A stretch of DNA of 63,859 nucleotides, filler included, from Reticulomyxa filosa (Eukaryota; Protista; Foraminifera): the NCBI GenBank assembly GCA_000512085.1. It is 18 parts of 18 records of this genome, joined end to end, with 100 filler letters (N's around TTAATTAATTAA, not from the genome) between each part and the next. Parts side by side here need not be neighbours in the genome. Positions count along the whole stretch, not along the records: positions 22,517 to 30,496 come from ASPP01027349.1; positions 30,597 to 32,778 come from ASPP01003825.1; positions 32,879 to 34,171 come from ASPP01009464.1; positions 34,272 to 35,349 come from ASPP01016757.1; positions 35,450 to 36,490 come from ASPP01003289.1; positions 36,591 to 42,290 come from ASPP01010147.1; 12 more parts are not named here. One strand, given 5' to 3'. Shown here piece after piece: positions 26,918 to 38,984 of the stretch (positions within the stretch are counted from its first letter, which is position 1; every line of letters starts with the position of its first letter). The translations under genes were made by a program, and so were the position numbers. The notes under the pieces are model-generated. The model was not told the origin of the DNA and made no database searches. It was given only the letters and a program-made list of their open reading frames with translations.

Positions 26918-27539
26918 TTATTCGTTGTGTTCTTCATCATCACCATACGTGTATTCTTTTTGAAAGGACTATATTATTGTTTTTATAACAATTTGTAAAT
27001 ATGTAATAAATAAGATTTTCGGGTCTCATTTGAGTGGACAAGAAAAAATTAACTTTCTTATCAGATAGAACAATGGCTTTTCCGACTTGTCGGATCCAAT
27101 CTTCTTTTTCACTTTCCGATGTCGCAATGAATGAATATCGCCAATCACTCGAATAAACATCAAACGAGTGTTTTTTATTTGTTGTGTCTTCACTCGATTT
27201 TATGGATGAAAATATTTTTAGATCGACCACTTCAGTCGGATTTTCATATTTCTAAGACATATACAAATTCATCATTTACATGCATTAATCAGCGTACTTT
27301 TTGTCAAAGAAGCAAGAATGAAAAATTAAACAGCAAAACTTTTTCCTCTTTAAATGTGTAAAGTACTGCACCCTGCAATACAGCCCATCTTTTTCTCCAA
27401 ATCCCCCAATGGCGACCTGTTGTACCAATTTTTTTTTTTACGGTGTACGTTTTGCTCGGGTTACTTAACTTTTTTTGTCAAGCCATCCTTCTTTGAGAGA
27501 ATTATTTATCAATATCCTGTTGTTTGATTGTTGTGTCAT
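26918..27539 (-). CDS. Small PH-domain protein, multi-exon (3' end uncertain)
   Basis: LKEGWLDKK|SRHWGIWRKRWAVLQGAVLYTFKEEK|...VVDLK...KKHSFDVYSSDWRYSFIATSESEKEDWIRQV. Confidence 0.85.
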
Positions 27540-28408
27540 CCTTTAATTTTTTCAGACCTTTCTGAAATCAAAAATATATTAACAAAATAAAGGATATAGT
27601 CCTAAAATTTGGATAGAACTTTTTTGGGTTAAACAACTTTTGCAAGAAGTAACTACCACATAACTAAATCTTCCGAATGTGCAGGTGCTTGATAGCTCAA
27701 TTATTGCGGTAGATTTTTAGCTAAAGAAATCTGCAGTTATTTCATTTGTTTACTCTTTATTCGAAAACGAAAAAACTGTAAAGCGTTGCATGTTAGAACG
27801 TCAACTTTTTTGGGATAAAGTTCGAAGTGTATTCTTGTGCCTAAATTATTTATTCCATTCTTCCATACAATTCGTGCATTTGTGCTTTATTTTTTTGGTT
27901 ATAAAGGTTTGTTATCTATTTAACTATTGCAACTTTTTTAATTTGTGGTAAAAATCGAACAGACTTTTTTATTGTTAATGCTTTTTTTGTTTATTTTTAT
28001 CGCCATTCTTTCCACTTTTGTGCTTCATGCCTTTTGTTCCATTTTATTTTTATTGTGCCCTCTTCATGCCTATTTGCACTTCTATTTTTTTTGGACCTGA
28101 AACAAGCATAGGGTGTCTCAAAGATAATCATAAAGAGATATGACCAATTAATACGATGTCCAAACTCAAAAACAACCAGTCAAATAGAAATGCCTTCTTG
28201 GTCTTTGTTTTTTTTTTCCAATTTCCAGAACTGTGTTTCTCGCGCTTTTTCGCCTTTTTTTTGTTTTTTTTTTTTTGCTAAAAATAGTTTTTTTTCAATT
28301 TTTGCTTTATTTTTATTTTTTAATCTATTTTTTTGTTTCTTTTTGTTTTTATTTCTGTTTTATTCTCACCAAATCTTGTGCTGTTAAAATAGAAATAGTT
28401 GAATTGGA

Positions 28409-29768
28409 ATGGACAGCGCAATACCAACACTTCCTGAAGAATATCCAGTAAAATCTGAAGCTAAATATAATTATAATAGCGATAACAATGACAAGGAAGC
28501 CACTGCAAGCAATAGTAATGACAGCATCGCTACCCTCAGCATTTGTGACATAACATCTAAAAAAGAATATGTCGATAACCAGTCAAATAATACAACAAAC
28601 AACGTGCTCAATGAACACAAAGGAAATGTGTCGAATGATATCCCGAATAACGCATTGCCTAACACAATGAGTGACGCAGCGAATGGCGAAGCGACTTACA
28701 CCGTTGAGGCGCAGTCAGTAGAATCAATGCTATGTAATGTGCCAAATAACGCAGTGAATACCACAGCAAATAGTATTGTCGATGACAATAACATGATAGA
28801 CCGCGACGATTCAGCCAATGGCGAAAAAAAAATAGAGACCACAAATCCTGCACAAGTCCTAGGATATGGTCCAAATCGTGGAACAGCACAAACTACAAAT
28901 GATGTCAGATTTGATCCATTACGAGCAGACTCTACGGCTATGGTGAGGAGAAAGAGAAATTTTTTTTTTTGTAAACCGTTGTTAGCAGTTGATTTTTAAC
29001 AATGGGATAGAAAAAGAAATATGATCTCGATGTTTTTGTGTTTTTAGACCAGTTTAACGGTTTTACAATCGGCTGCCACAAAGCAAGCTTTGGCTAATGC
29101 TAAGCAACAAGCATTGCTCGCACACAAATTAAAACAGATGAACGCTTACACATGGCCTGGTGGTGTAACAGCAGAACAATCTCCTTATGGAGTCATGTAT
29201 CCCATGTGGCCTCTGGATTCGACAGATTATGCTGCTTATGGTATGCCTTTGCTTTTTATTTCCTTTTCTCCAAAGCAGTTGCCAAGGGAACACTCACTTT
29301 TTTTTTTTTTTTTGAAATTAAGGTCAAGCCTTTGCAAATCCTCAACAAACCGCCATGGCAATGAACCCAGGACTGATGGGCTTAAATCCGCTGGTTAACC
29401 ATTTGGTTAATCCGTTAATGAATCCATTTAACACTTTGCAAAATGCGTTTACAGCGGGAATTCCTGATGGCAAACAACACGCGCTATTTGTGTTCCATCT
29501 TCCTGAGGACATTGATGATCACGGACTCTTACAATTGTTTGGACCTTATGGAGCAATTCGTGCCAATGTTATGAGACAAGAAGATGGAAGAACAAAAGGC
29601 TTTGGCTTTGTCCACTTTAATAATCGACATGATGCCTCTATCGCTATTGAAATGATGAATGGCCATCAAATTGGGCGCAAGAGATTGATGGTATCTTTCA
29701 AGAAAAATAAAGATGAGTCGCATACCAACGGTGCCCAGACACAGCAAAAACCTCACATCCCACAGTAA
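28409..29768 (+). CDS. RRM RNA-binding protein with a CELF/ELAV-type C-terminal RRM; multi-exon
   Basis: RNP2 LFVFHLP, RNP1 KGFGFVHF, AIEMMNGHQIGRKRLMVSFK. Low-complexity Asn-rich N-terminus. Confidence 0.85.
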
Positions 29769-30596
29769 TAATGTCACAAAAAATAAATTATGAGTTTTGC
29801 TTTATTTTGTACTTAATGCATAAAACACACAACGAAACTAGGATTAAACTTAAAAAATCTTTTGTTAAAGGTACCATTTTTCTCTAATTGAAACCAACCT
29901 AATTTTTTGTTTGCAAATGATCATGACACTGGACCTTTTTTCACCACAAAATTAGTTCAAAAAATTAATTCGTTTTCTAATTTCAATGTAATACGTGTTT
30001 GTTACAGTTTCAACGTTTGATAGCATTATTTATTTCAAATTTATAGGTATTTTTTAAATCATTAATTTAACTTTTAAATAGCAACTAAAGATTGAAATTT
30101 TGCTATAATAATTTTGAAAAAAAAAGTATGTACAACAGGTTTGCGATTTCGCGCAAAAAAAATTTTGTCCATCAAATTTAGGATTAACTATTATTTTTTG
30201 TTGTCAGTTCTGATAATTCACTCTAAAATAATTAAAACTTAAAAACATTTTATTAAAAACTTTATGTTATATTTTTAAAAAACTATACATCTACAAATTT
30301 GTTTTGAATTGCAAAAACAAAAACATTGATACAAGTTACCAGCTCTAAAAAATTTACTTTGCAAAACATGTTTTTCACTTCAAGAAAAGATATTACTCTA
30401 GCAAAAATCTTTTTTTTTCAAAATAAAAAATGTAATTCACATAAGATGATCCTGTTATATATGTTTACTTCATTTCTCTAATGAAAAAATATATATNNNN
30501 NNNNNNNNNNNNNNNNNNNNNNNNNNNNNNNNNNNNNNNNTTAATTAATTAANNNNNNNNNNNNNNNNNNNNNNNNNNNNNNNNNNNNNNNNNNNN

Positions 30597-30844
30597 GAAG
30601 TGTATTTGCTGGAAAAATGTTAGAAAATTCAAAAGCAGATTCAAGATATGGTTATGATTGTGCTACTGATCAATGGTGTGATTTACATGAATTAGGAGTC
30701 ATTGATCCTGTTAAAGTGGTTCGTACTGCTTTGCAAGATGCTGCAAGTGTTGCTAGTTTAATGACCACTACTGAAGTTGTTATTACCGAAATTCCAAAGA
30801 AAGATGCTCCAAAAATGGATATGGGAGGTGCTGGAGCATTTTAG
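30597..30844 (+). CDS. HSP60: Chaperonin 60 (mitochondrial HSP60 type), C-terminal fragment
   Basis: [35 protein letters not shown] followed by an M/G-rich tail. Confidence 0.92.
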
Positions 30845-31479
30845 AGACATCATCTCTATATTTGAACTCAACTGAATAAAAGATATTATGCGAGAAATAA
30901 ACTAAAAGAGAAACAATTAAATGCATTGTTTACTGCTTCATAACCAAAAAAAAATATGTTGTTTGTAAGAATGTGTATTAATCAGACATATTTGTTTGCT
31001 TTTTCCTTTTTTGTAAACCCTGAACAATTAAAGGTTCATTACATTATGGAGATAATTAAATATTATCATAAGTTTTGACATTTTTTTTTTTTTTGCAAAC
31101 TTGGTGTACTTTTTGTATTACATCTTTTCTACCCAATCTTCCAAAGAAAATGTATTCAATTACCTACATAACGGCAAGAAGGTAATATTCTAAATCTTTT
31201 TTTTCACAATTGACGCTTACACGTGACTCTTTTGGAGAATGTTTTTTTTCTTCAACTCTAAAAAATAGAAATCATTAATTGCAGTTATCAGTTTTTTCAA
31301 GGACAAACTAAATTGAATCTACCCAGATATTTTCAACTTTCTTTTACGTTTAAATATTAAAATTCAGAAATTTTTTTATGATGGAAAAGATATTTGGAGC
31401 CGGAGAAAGTGTGTTGAAATTATTTAAAAAAAAAACGAGAACAAAATTCACACAAAAAGACAGAAATTTTTTAAAAAAT

Positions 31480-32778
31480 TTGAGTCAAGTGTAAAATACT
31501 TGCAGCCGAATATGCCACCAACTTGGAGTTTGAACTTTACTTCAACTTTGCTTGCTGGCACCACAACGACTACTTTCCAGTTGCTCCGTAGACAGTTATT
31601 GATCTATGTTATATACGTGTGCATTGATCATACGTGTTTCCATCACATTATAAAAAAATAATATAACTTGGAATTACGATAATAATCAGCTCACCACTTT
31701 CGATTGTTCCTTTCATTTCAATAAATAATGGGCACATTGCACGATATGGATCAATTTTTTTTTTAAATTATACGCCACTCAAAGCGCAACACCATTATCC
31801 ATATTCGATGCACGCCGTTGCAATCATTATTGCTATCATTGCTGGGGACTTACTACATCACCAATAGCAATGTAAATAGCAACAATTTGCCAATCTGTAA
31901 CAAAAAATTCATGAATGTACGTCCATCTTCACTTGCAAATCTTTCAATATATATTCAAAAATTTCAAACAACACGTACTACATACATACAAATAAATAAT
32001 CAATATACGTATAAAGATGTTATGTTGATGTGTACACAAAACAAAACTTTTTCAAGCAATGGATCCAAGCACAAGTATAGAATCAGGTGCATGAAAGATG
32101 AAGGCGCGCAAATGACCAGCAGATAATAACAATTCTTTGGATTCTTGTGTCGAATGGGCGTGCTTTGATTTCAATGATAATTCTTCCGTCAAGTATTACG
32201 TGATTTTGGACGATTGAATGGACTTGAAGGAAGTTTATTTCATTGAAAAGCTCGTCCCCCTAGAGCTACCGTTTTGAGTGGAGGTATTGTTAATATCGGA
32301 CGCTTCCACTTTTTAAATCCAAGTGATGCGGTTTTTGGTAACCGGAAATTCGTTCGTATCACAGCAACGATGTCTTTGGGAGGCGATAGTGGTGAGGGAC
32401 GCACACCAAATCGAATTCGCTGGAATACAGCAACGGTATCCGAATATTGACGCATACAACACAAGTCCAACATCTCGAAGCAATTGAACAATAAATAGAA
32501 GAACATGGGCTGCATTGTTGTCATCAATATCATAATCATCATTGGGCATTGTCAAGCAGCTTCAATTGGGGGGGGAGGGGAGGCGTACTATGTGAAGTTA
32601 GTACATATTTGATGATGCGCAAAGTCGCCACTCGTGTATGTATAGAACCATTCCGTAACCGAGATAAAGTCGACATGCGGTCTTTCTTGTTTAAAAAATC
32701 TAATGCTGTATAGTAACGGAATAATCTTGTTTCTCACTATCATCATCCTCTCATCATCATTGTTATCTTCTTCTCATT
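31480..32778 (-). CDS. Uncharacterised multi-exon gene or pseudogene, 3' part
   Basis: GC-richer exon-like blocks alternate with intron-like AT tracts, but frames are broken and no family is recognised. Confidence 0.3.
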
Positions 32779-32878
32779 NNNNNNNNNNNNNNNNNNNNNN
32801 NNNNNNNNNNNNNNNNNNNNNNTTAATTAATTAANNNNNNNNNNNNNNNNNNNNNNNNNNNNNNNNNNNNNNNNNNNN

Positions 32879-32915
<37 letters not shown>

Positions 32916-32935
32916 AAGAAAGAAAGAAAATACCT

Positions 32936-34125
32936 GAAAATGTAAATGATTGACACGTTTGCTCTTCCAATAAAATATCGGTCATTCCGCGAACAATTTT
33001 TTTGAGTTCTTTCAACTTTCTTTTAAACTGTCCAATGTGCACTGTTTTAAACCCCAATTGCACCAACAAATTGTCGGTTATGTCATTAAGTAAAATGTCT
33101 CCGTCGATCCCTTCTTCGTAGAATGCTTTGGTGTATTGTTTCATATCATTTTGTATTAGCCAATTCACCACTTGATGCACTTTCCAATTTTTCACATTTT
33201 CCTTTATTTATTATTCATTTGTTTATTTGCTTCTCATATGCACACACTATATACATATACATATACATATATATGTATATATGTATATGTATATACATTG
33301 AGCTCATCTTATTATCATTTGACAGAAAGAAAGACATAAAGTCAAAGCTGCAGCACTTAACGAATTTGAACGACTCGGGGTCTTCATCCAACATTTTTTG
33401 AAATTCATCTTCAAACGCCTAGATTCATACAAAATTAAAAAATACACACACACACGCACATATATATACATATGTGTATATGTATATGCAATATATAATA
33501 GACGATACGTCTTTTACGTCCAAAAATTGTTCCTCGATTGCAACAACACAGTTTGTCTCAACTTCTTCCTTGGTGACTGTTTCTTCCATTTGTGTGGCTA
33601 AGCCGATCAAAGCTTCCTTCATTTCTTCCTCAATAAACGACATTTTTGCATGTGACCAACGGGTTTCATCACCATTTTTTAACAGGCCAGATCCTTCTTT
33701 TTTATGAACGGATCCCATCTTTTACAATTTTTTTGTACACATATACAACATGTATTTATGCATATACATATATACATATGTATATATGTATATGTACATA
33801 TGCGCGTATTATAGTACACACAAAATAAAAATACGCATATGTGTTGTTGTTGTTTGTTGTGAATTGACAACTCAACAATGGCGGTAAGCAAGCATTTTTT
33901 CAATCTCTGCAATTCAGGACTCGCGTATTCTTTCATCAAAAACGTGCAAATGTCTTCTTTGGAGACATACCCTTCGCCATCGACATCAGCAAATTTGAAT
34001 ATTTTCCTCATTTCCTGCTCTTCCAATTCGCACTTCATTGACCTCAGTGATGTGATGAACTCCTCAATATCCGCATCTTCATCTGGGTTTGGCATATGTT
34101 GAGCAAACGCATTCGCAATTTGTTC
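32936..34125 (-). CDS. EF-hand + SAM domain protein fragment, multi-exon
   Basis: EMRKIFKFADVDGEGYVSKEDI (EF-hand); NWKVHQVVNWLIQNDMKQYTKAFYEEGIDGDILL...LVQLG...GQFKRK (SAM). Confidence 0.85.
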
Positions 34126-34284
34126 CTTTGTTATTATTATTGTCATTATTATTATTATTATTATTATTATTNNNNNNNNNNNNNNNNNNNNNNNNNNNNN
34201 NNNNNNNNNNNNNNNTTAATTAATTAANNNNNNNNNNNNNNNNNNNNNNNNNNNNNNNNNNNNNNNNNNNNAAAAATAAAAAAA

Positions 34285-34317
<33 letters not shown>

Positions 34318-35349
34318 ACTGCATGTAAGAACATCAATTGTGGTGGTATTTTGGCCCCTTCAGGGAGCTTAGCGCCGGAAGGAGGGACGCTGTTGTCGAC
34401 TTCGACACTGAGATCCCAGAAAGAGAGAAGGTTGTCTTCGCTGCTGACAGCCAAGGAGGAGGACTCATGAGGATTCCAGGTGACACTAGTGATGGAACGA
34501 GTATGCCATTGGTAATGTGCATAAGGCTTGACATCTCTCTTGGCCTTTGCGGCCGAAGTGTGTGTATGCAGTTGAGAAAAGGTGGGGAATTTGCGTTTGT
34601 CCCAAACGCGGAAGGAGCAGTCATCACTGCCAGTCAGTATCAAGTGTGTGTGTTGTTTATTCCACGACACCACATTGATGTCGCTCTTGTGTGCATTCAC
34701 GACCATGTGCGTGCTCTGTTGGGACGTACGAATATCCCACATGCGGACACAGCGATCGACACCGCACGTGATGAATACGTCCCGTTCATCCGGAGACCAC
34801 GCAATGTCTTCGATCGAATCTTTCGACGTCTTGAATTTCGTATGGCGCACCCACGTGCTGCCGCTTTCGTTGGCCGGCACTACCAAGTGCAGTTCACCCG
34901 CACAAGAGCCGGTCAATAGACGTCCTTCGTCAATTGTCGACCACGCCAATCCATACCCTTTTAACAAACAAACAAACAATTGTGAATTGATTGAACTTTT
35001 TTATTTTAAAAAAAAAAAAAAAAAAGTTCAAAAGGGGGGGGAGGGGGGAACAATTATTTTACCTTCATCATTGTTTTTCATTTCAAACACTGGCTTAATA
35101 TCTTTCTTGACTAAGCTCAAATCATCCGCTCTTCCGTCAAGGGACAGCATGTGCTGTTTTCCATTCCAAATTCGCAAATGATGGTCTTCTCCAAATGTTG
35201 CGATTAAATAGGGTCTGGATCTCCCCGCGTTGCGAATGCGATTCACCGTACACGGGTGTTGGATCTCACGCGATTGCAGAATTGGATCTTTGGTAGCTTG
35301 TTTTAATTTCTTCCCCTTCTTGCCTTTCTCTCCTCCTCCTCCTCCTCCT
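34318..35349 (-). CDS. GRWD1: Glutamate-rich WD repeat protein 1 / Rrb1 fragment
   Basis: VNRIR; GYGLAWS...GRLLTGSC; SIEDIAWSPDERDVFITCGVD; AHKSDINVVSWN; WHTRSITSVTWNPHE; WDLSVE...IPPQLMFLH. Confidence 0.9.
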
Positions 35350-35749
35350 NNNNNNNNNNNNNNNNNNNNNNNNNNNNNNNNNNNNNNNNNNNNTTAATTA
35401 ATTAANNNNNNNNNNNNNNNNNNNNNNNNNNNNNNNNNNNNNNNNNNNNAATAAAATTTGTCCAAGTAAAATTTTTTCGCAAACAATTAACATCACTTTT
35501 TTTTCTTTTTGTTTTAAGTTTAGATAATATATTCCATTATCTTCTTTATTGATCCACATATAACTCTTTCTTATCTGACCGAATATCCCAAAATTAAATT
35601 GTATAATTACAAGTTGAACATTTTTTTTGTATCCACCTTTCATCCTGATGTAGTTGGACTTTATGACCCACCTTTAGAAAAACAGAGCCAGAAAAGGACT
35701 AATTGTTTTTGTGTTTGTATAAAAAAATTTTACATTATTTTCACAGGAA

Positions 35750-36430
35750 ATAATGCAAAATGGATTGCAAGTGTTGGGATATCTTGTTCTCTCGTTTGGG
35801 GTGGTGCAAGCAACAATAGCAAGTTATGTTGGTGACAACAGATTCGCTCATTCCATAGCATGGTACGGGAACAGTGACAATGAAAATAACTACATAACTG
35901 GGCTGCGTTGGAGCATTTCAAGGTCGTTCAATACTATCCGTTAAGAATAGATTTTTAAAAATTTAAAAGAAATAAATTAATTAACCAAAAAAAAATTTGT
36001 GTGAATAAATTATACGTAGAGATGCATGCAGTGAAGAGCAAGAAGGACAAATGGGTCGATATATCATATCCACAACAAATAACATGCGATGATGTGGACA
36101 AGTTGTATAAAACAGAGTGGATATCCAGCATCAAGATATACATGAGTCAATCGAAAGCACAGAACGATACGTGCAATATTTTCGAAGGAAACTTTATTCG
36201 TGGAGTGACTTTGCAAACCAATTATCTGCGAAAATTTTCGTGTCTTACGTTTGGAATTGCAGACAGAGCCAACTACATTGCCTATTCCATAACCCCTCCC
36301 GATATTTGTTATGCTCTCATTTTTGTTGGTTTTCCAGGAAACGGATATTTGTATGGGCTCCAAACAACCTGGGAAAATGTTTGTGATGTCGACCAGCAAG
36401 AAGCACTATCTCAAGCCGAAAATTTTCAAG
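35750..36430 (+). CDS. Hypothetical protein, possibly jacalin-like beta-prism; truncated
   Basis: ISSIKIY...FIRGVTLQTN...TFG...VGFPGNGYLYGLQTTW loosely follows the jacalin pattern. Hydrophobic N-terminus. Confidence 0.35.
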
Positions 36431-36799
36431 TTCAAATATATACATACATGTACATATATGTATACGTATATATGTATACGTATATATGTANNNNNNNNNN
36501 NNNNNNNNNNNNNNNNNNNNNNNNNNNNNNNNNNTTAATTAATTAANNNNNNNNNNNNNNNNNNNNNNNNNNNNNNNNNNNNNNNNNNNNTTTTTTTTTT
36601 CTTTCATTTATTTTTTTTTCCTTCTTTTTCCATATTTTCTTTTTTTTCTTTCCTTTTTCATTTTTCTTTTTTTTTCTTATTTATTATTCCATTTTTTTAT
36701 TAATATCTTTTTTTTTCTTCAATCCTTTTTTTTCTTTTTTATTATTCCATTTCTTTTTTTTTATCCCCCTTTTTCTCCAAACACCCCTTTTAAAAAGAT

Positions 36800-38984
36800 A
36801 TACAATCTGGCTCTTTTCTTGATGACTGGACATCTATACATACAAACAAACAAAGTTATATTTATAATTTTTTAAAGTAACAAATATAATTATACCTGGA
36901 TAAGCGGAACACAATATCCAATTTTCATTTTCTTTTTTTCCTGTGTGAAGGCACTTCAAATTTTTTTTTTTATAGATGGGGGAACAAACAAATAGAAATA
37001 TATATTTTTTTCTTTGACGGGGGAATTCCTATTGCTTCACAAACACAACAACATTATATAACAAAAGAATATAGATTTATATAAAAGCAATACAAATATT
37101 ACAAACTGTTCTTCCTCATCGCTGAGGCAGGGTGGATTTCAACCCCAATTTTTTTTTTCTTTTGTGTGTAGGGCGGGGGGCATAAAAATACTGTGGCATT
37201 GATGGACGGGAGAACCTATTTTACACAACACACACACAACACTTAAACATGTTAAAAAATAAATAAATAAAACAAACCTTTGTTTCTCCTTTCGGAGACG
37301 GGGTGGTTTCTACCCCGTATGATTCTTTTCTTTTCATAACAGTGGGAGGGACTATACTATAAACAACACACAATCAATATTTATAAGTTAAATAAAACAA
37401 AACACTAAAGATTTTACCTTATCTTTGCATTTGCAATGACCACTCGCATTTCGTATCGCAACCACAAGTGTTTATTTGTTGATGTTCCTATCTTCCAACC
37501 ATTCGTGCCACTTTTGTCGCTGATATTCACAAACATTTACTATATACAATCAACAAAAAAAAAATAATGTCCATTATTACAACGACAACCAAAAAAAAAA
37601 AAAATAAAAATAACTTGGCGATATCACAAGAGATAACTGACGCTTGCATTTGGATAGCCACTTTGAATTATTTGTGCATTTGTAGTGGAACATTCAAAGC
37701 ATTGATATTATCATCGAATGATTTGCGCGACGTATATATAAACTTTGGATATGACTAGGAGGAGCTTTGTGGATTTGAGATAGTGCGCGATAGTTGTGTT
37801 TGCGGCATAAGTGCCATTTAGTATCACGCCTAGGAGAAAGTAGCGCTGCTTTGCATAAAAGATATTGGGCAATCACGATTGACTTGCAATTAAATTGCTC
37901 GTCGTGTACGTTATTGCTCAAACCCTCTATGCTCAACAGCACTTCTTTCGCCTTAAAGGCATGTACTGAGCCATTTGGCCATGACGACGGACTTCCGTCA
38001 CACTTTCTAGCAGCAATAGCAGCTGGTCTGACAATGTGTAAGTTTCCATCGCCGTGGTCAATTGTGCACTTAGCAACGCCACCACATACTTGCACACAAT
38101 CTTGGGATTTGCTTTATCATAAGATCTATCCACATTTTTTTTTTTGCTTGTCTGTTCTTTTTTATAAAAAAAAAGAAGTAAAAAAGAACTTAACATTGAG
38201 TCTTGGACAATACTTGTAAGATGGCTGGTGAAGTGTCGCGTGTCTGCATTAAGCGTTTATGCTTGACATTGGACTTTGCTTGGATGTGCAATTGAATATC
38301 ACTTGGATTTTGTATTGAGACGCCTGAACGGCACACTTGTTGCAACTTCATTTGATTGTGGCTTGCCATCATTTCTACTTCACCACTTGACAATCTGTTA
38401 CTGTTTTTGTTTTTTTTTAAGAAAAGTCCATTTTTAATAAAATCAATATATATACAATCACTTCTCACTTTCCCTTACTATCTCTTGATATACGTAAACC
38501 TCTTTTTTTTTAATGAACATTTTTTTTTTCCATTAAATCTTTTTATCCCTGTTATATACCTGTAAATCAATGCTTTGAATGTCCATTCACAAGATGTCGA
38601 ATATATACTCGAAATTGATGGGAACATATTTGTGGCTGGCGTTTTGGTATATGAATTCTCTTGGACTGCACGTATACGTTCGTTTTCTGAGTGCATCGAC
38701 TCATTGTTTGAAATTTGCACCACCGATATAGTTGTTATGTTGCTGTAGATATTTGTATATTGCACAAATTTCCACTTTTTCAGTTTCCACACGTTGTTGA
38801 AATATTGATTGCTCAACATATCCCATGATGTCATTAATATGACCATATTGTGATTTTTCAAATAGATTTGTCCTTTTGCTACGTTTCCGCTTGAACTGCT
38901 TGTATTCACGTTTGACACCACCACGATCGCATGTAATACATGCAATGCCATCAATACAATTCCATATACCAACGATGAGTTCAT
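36800..38984 (-). CDS. Uncharacterised multi-exon gene
   Basis: Successive minus-strand ORFs (38478-38984, 38190-38468, 37694-38196) are separated by homopolymer-rich introns. No family recognised. Confidence 0.4.

Noticed and set aside
30597-30844. Bacterial or endosymbiont groEL
   Set aside because: The AT-rich 3' flank and a spliced gene on the same contig fit a nuclear mitochondrial HSP60 better.
34338-35181. Long plus-strand ORFs overlapping GRWD1, and similar antisense ORFs over USP5, CCDC25, VPS13-like and hrpB
   Set aside because: These are shadow ORFs of GC-richer exons with no recognisable motifs.
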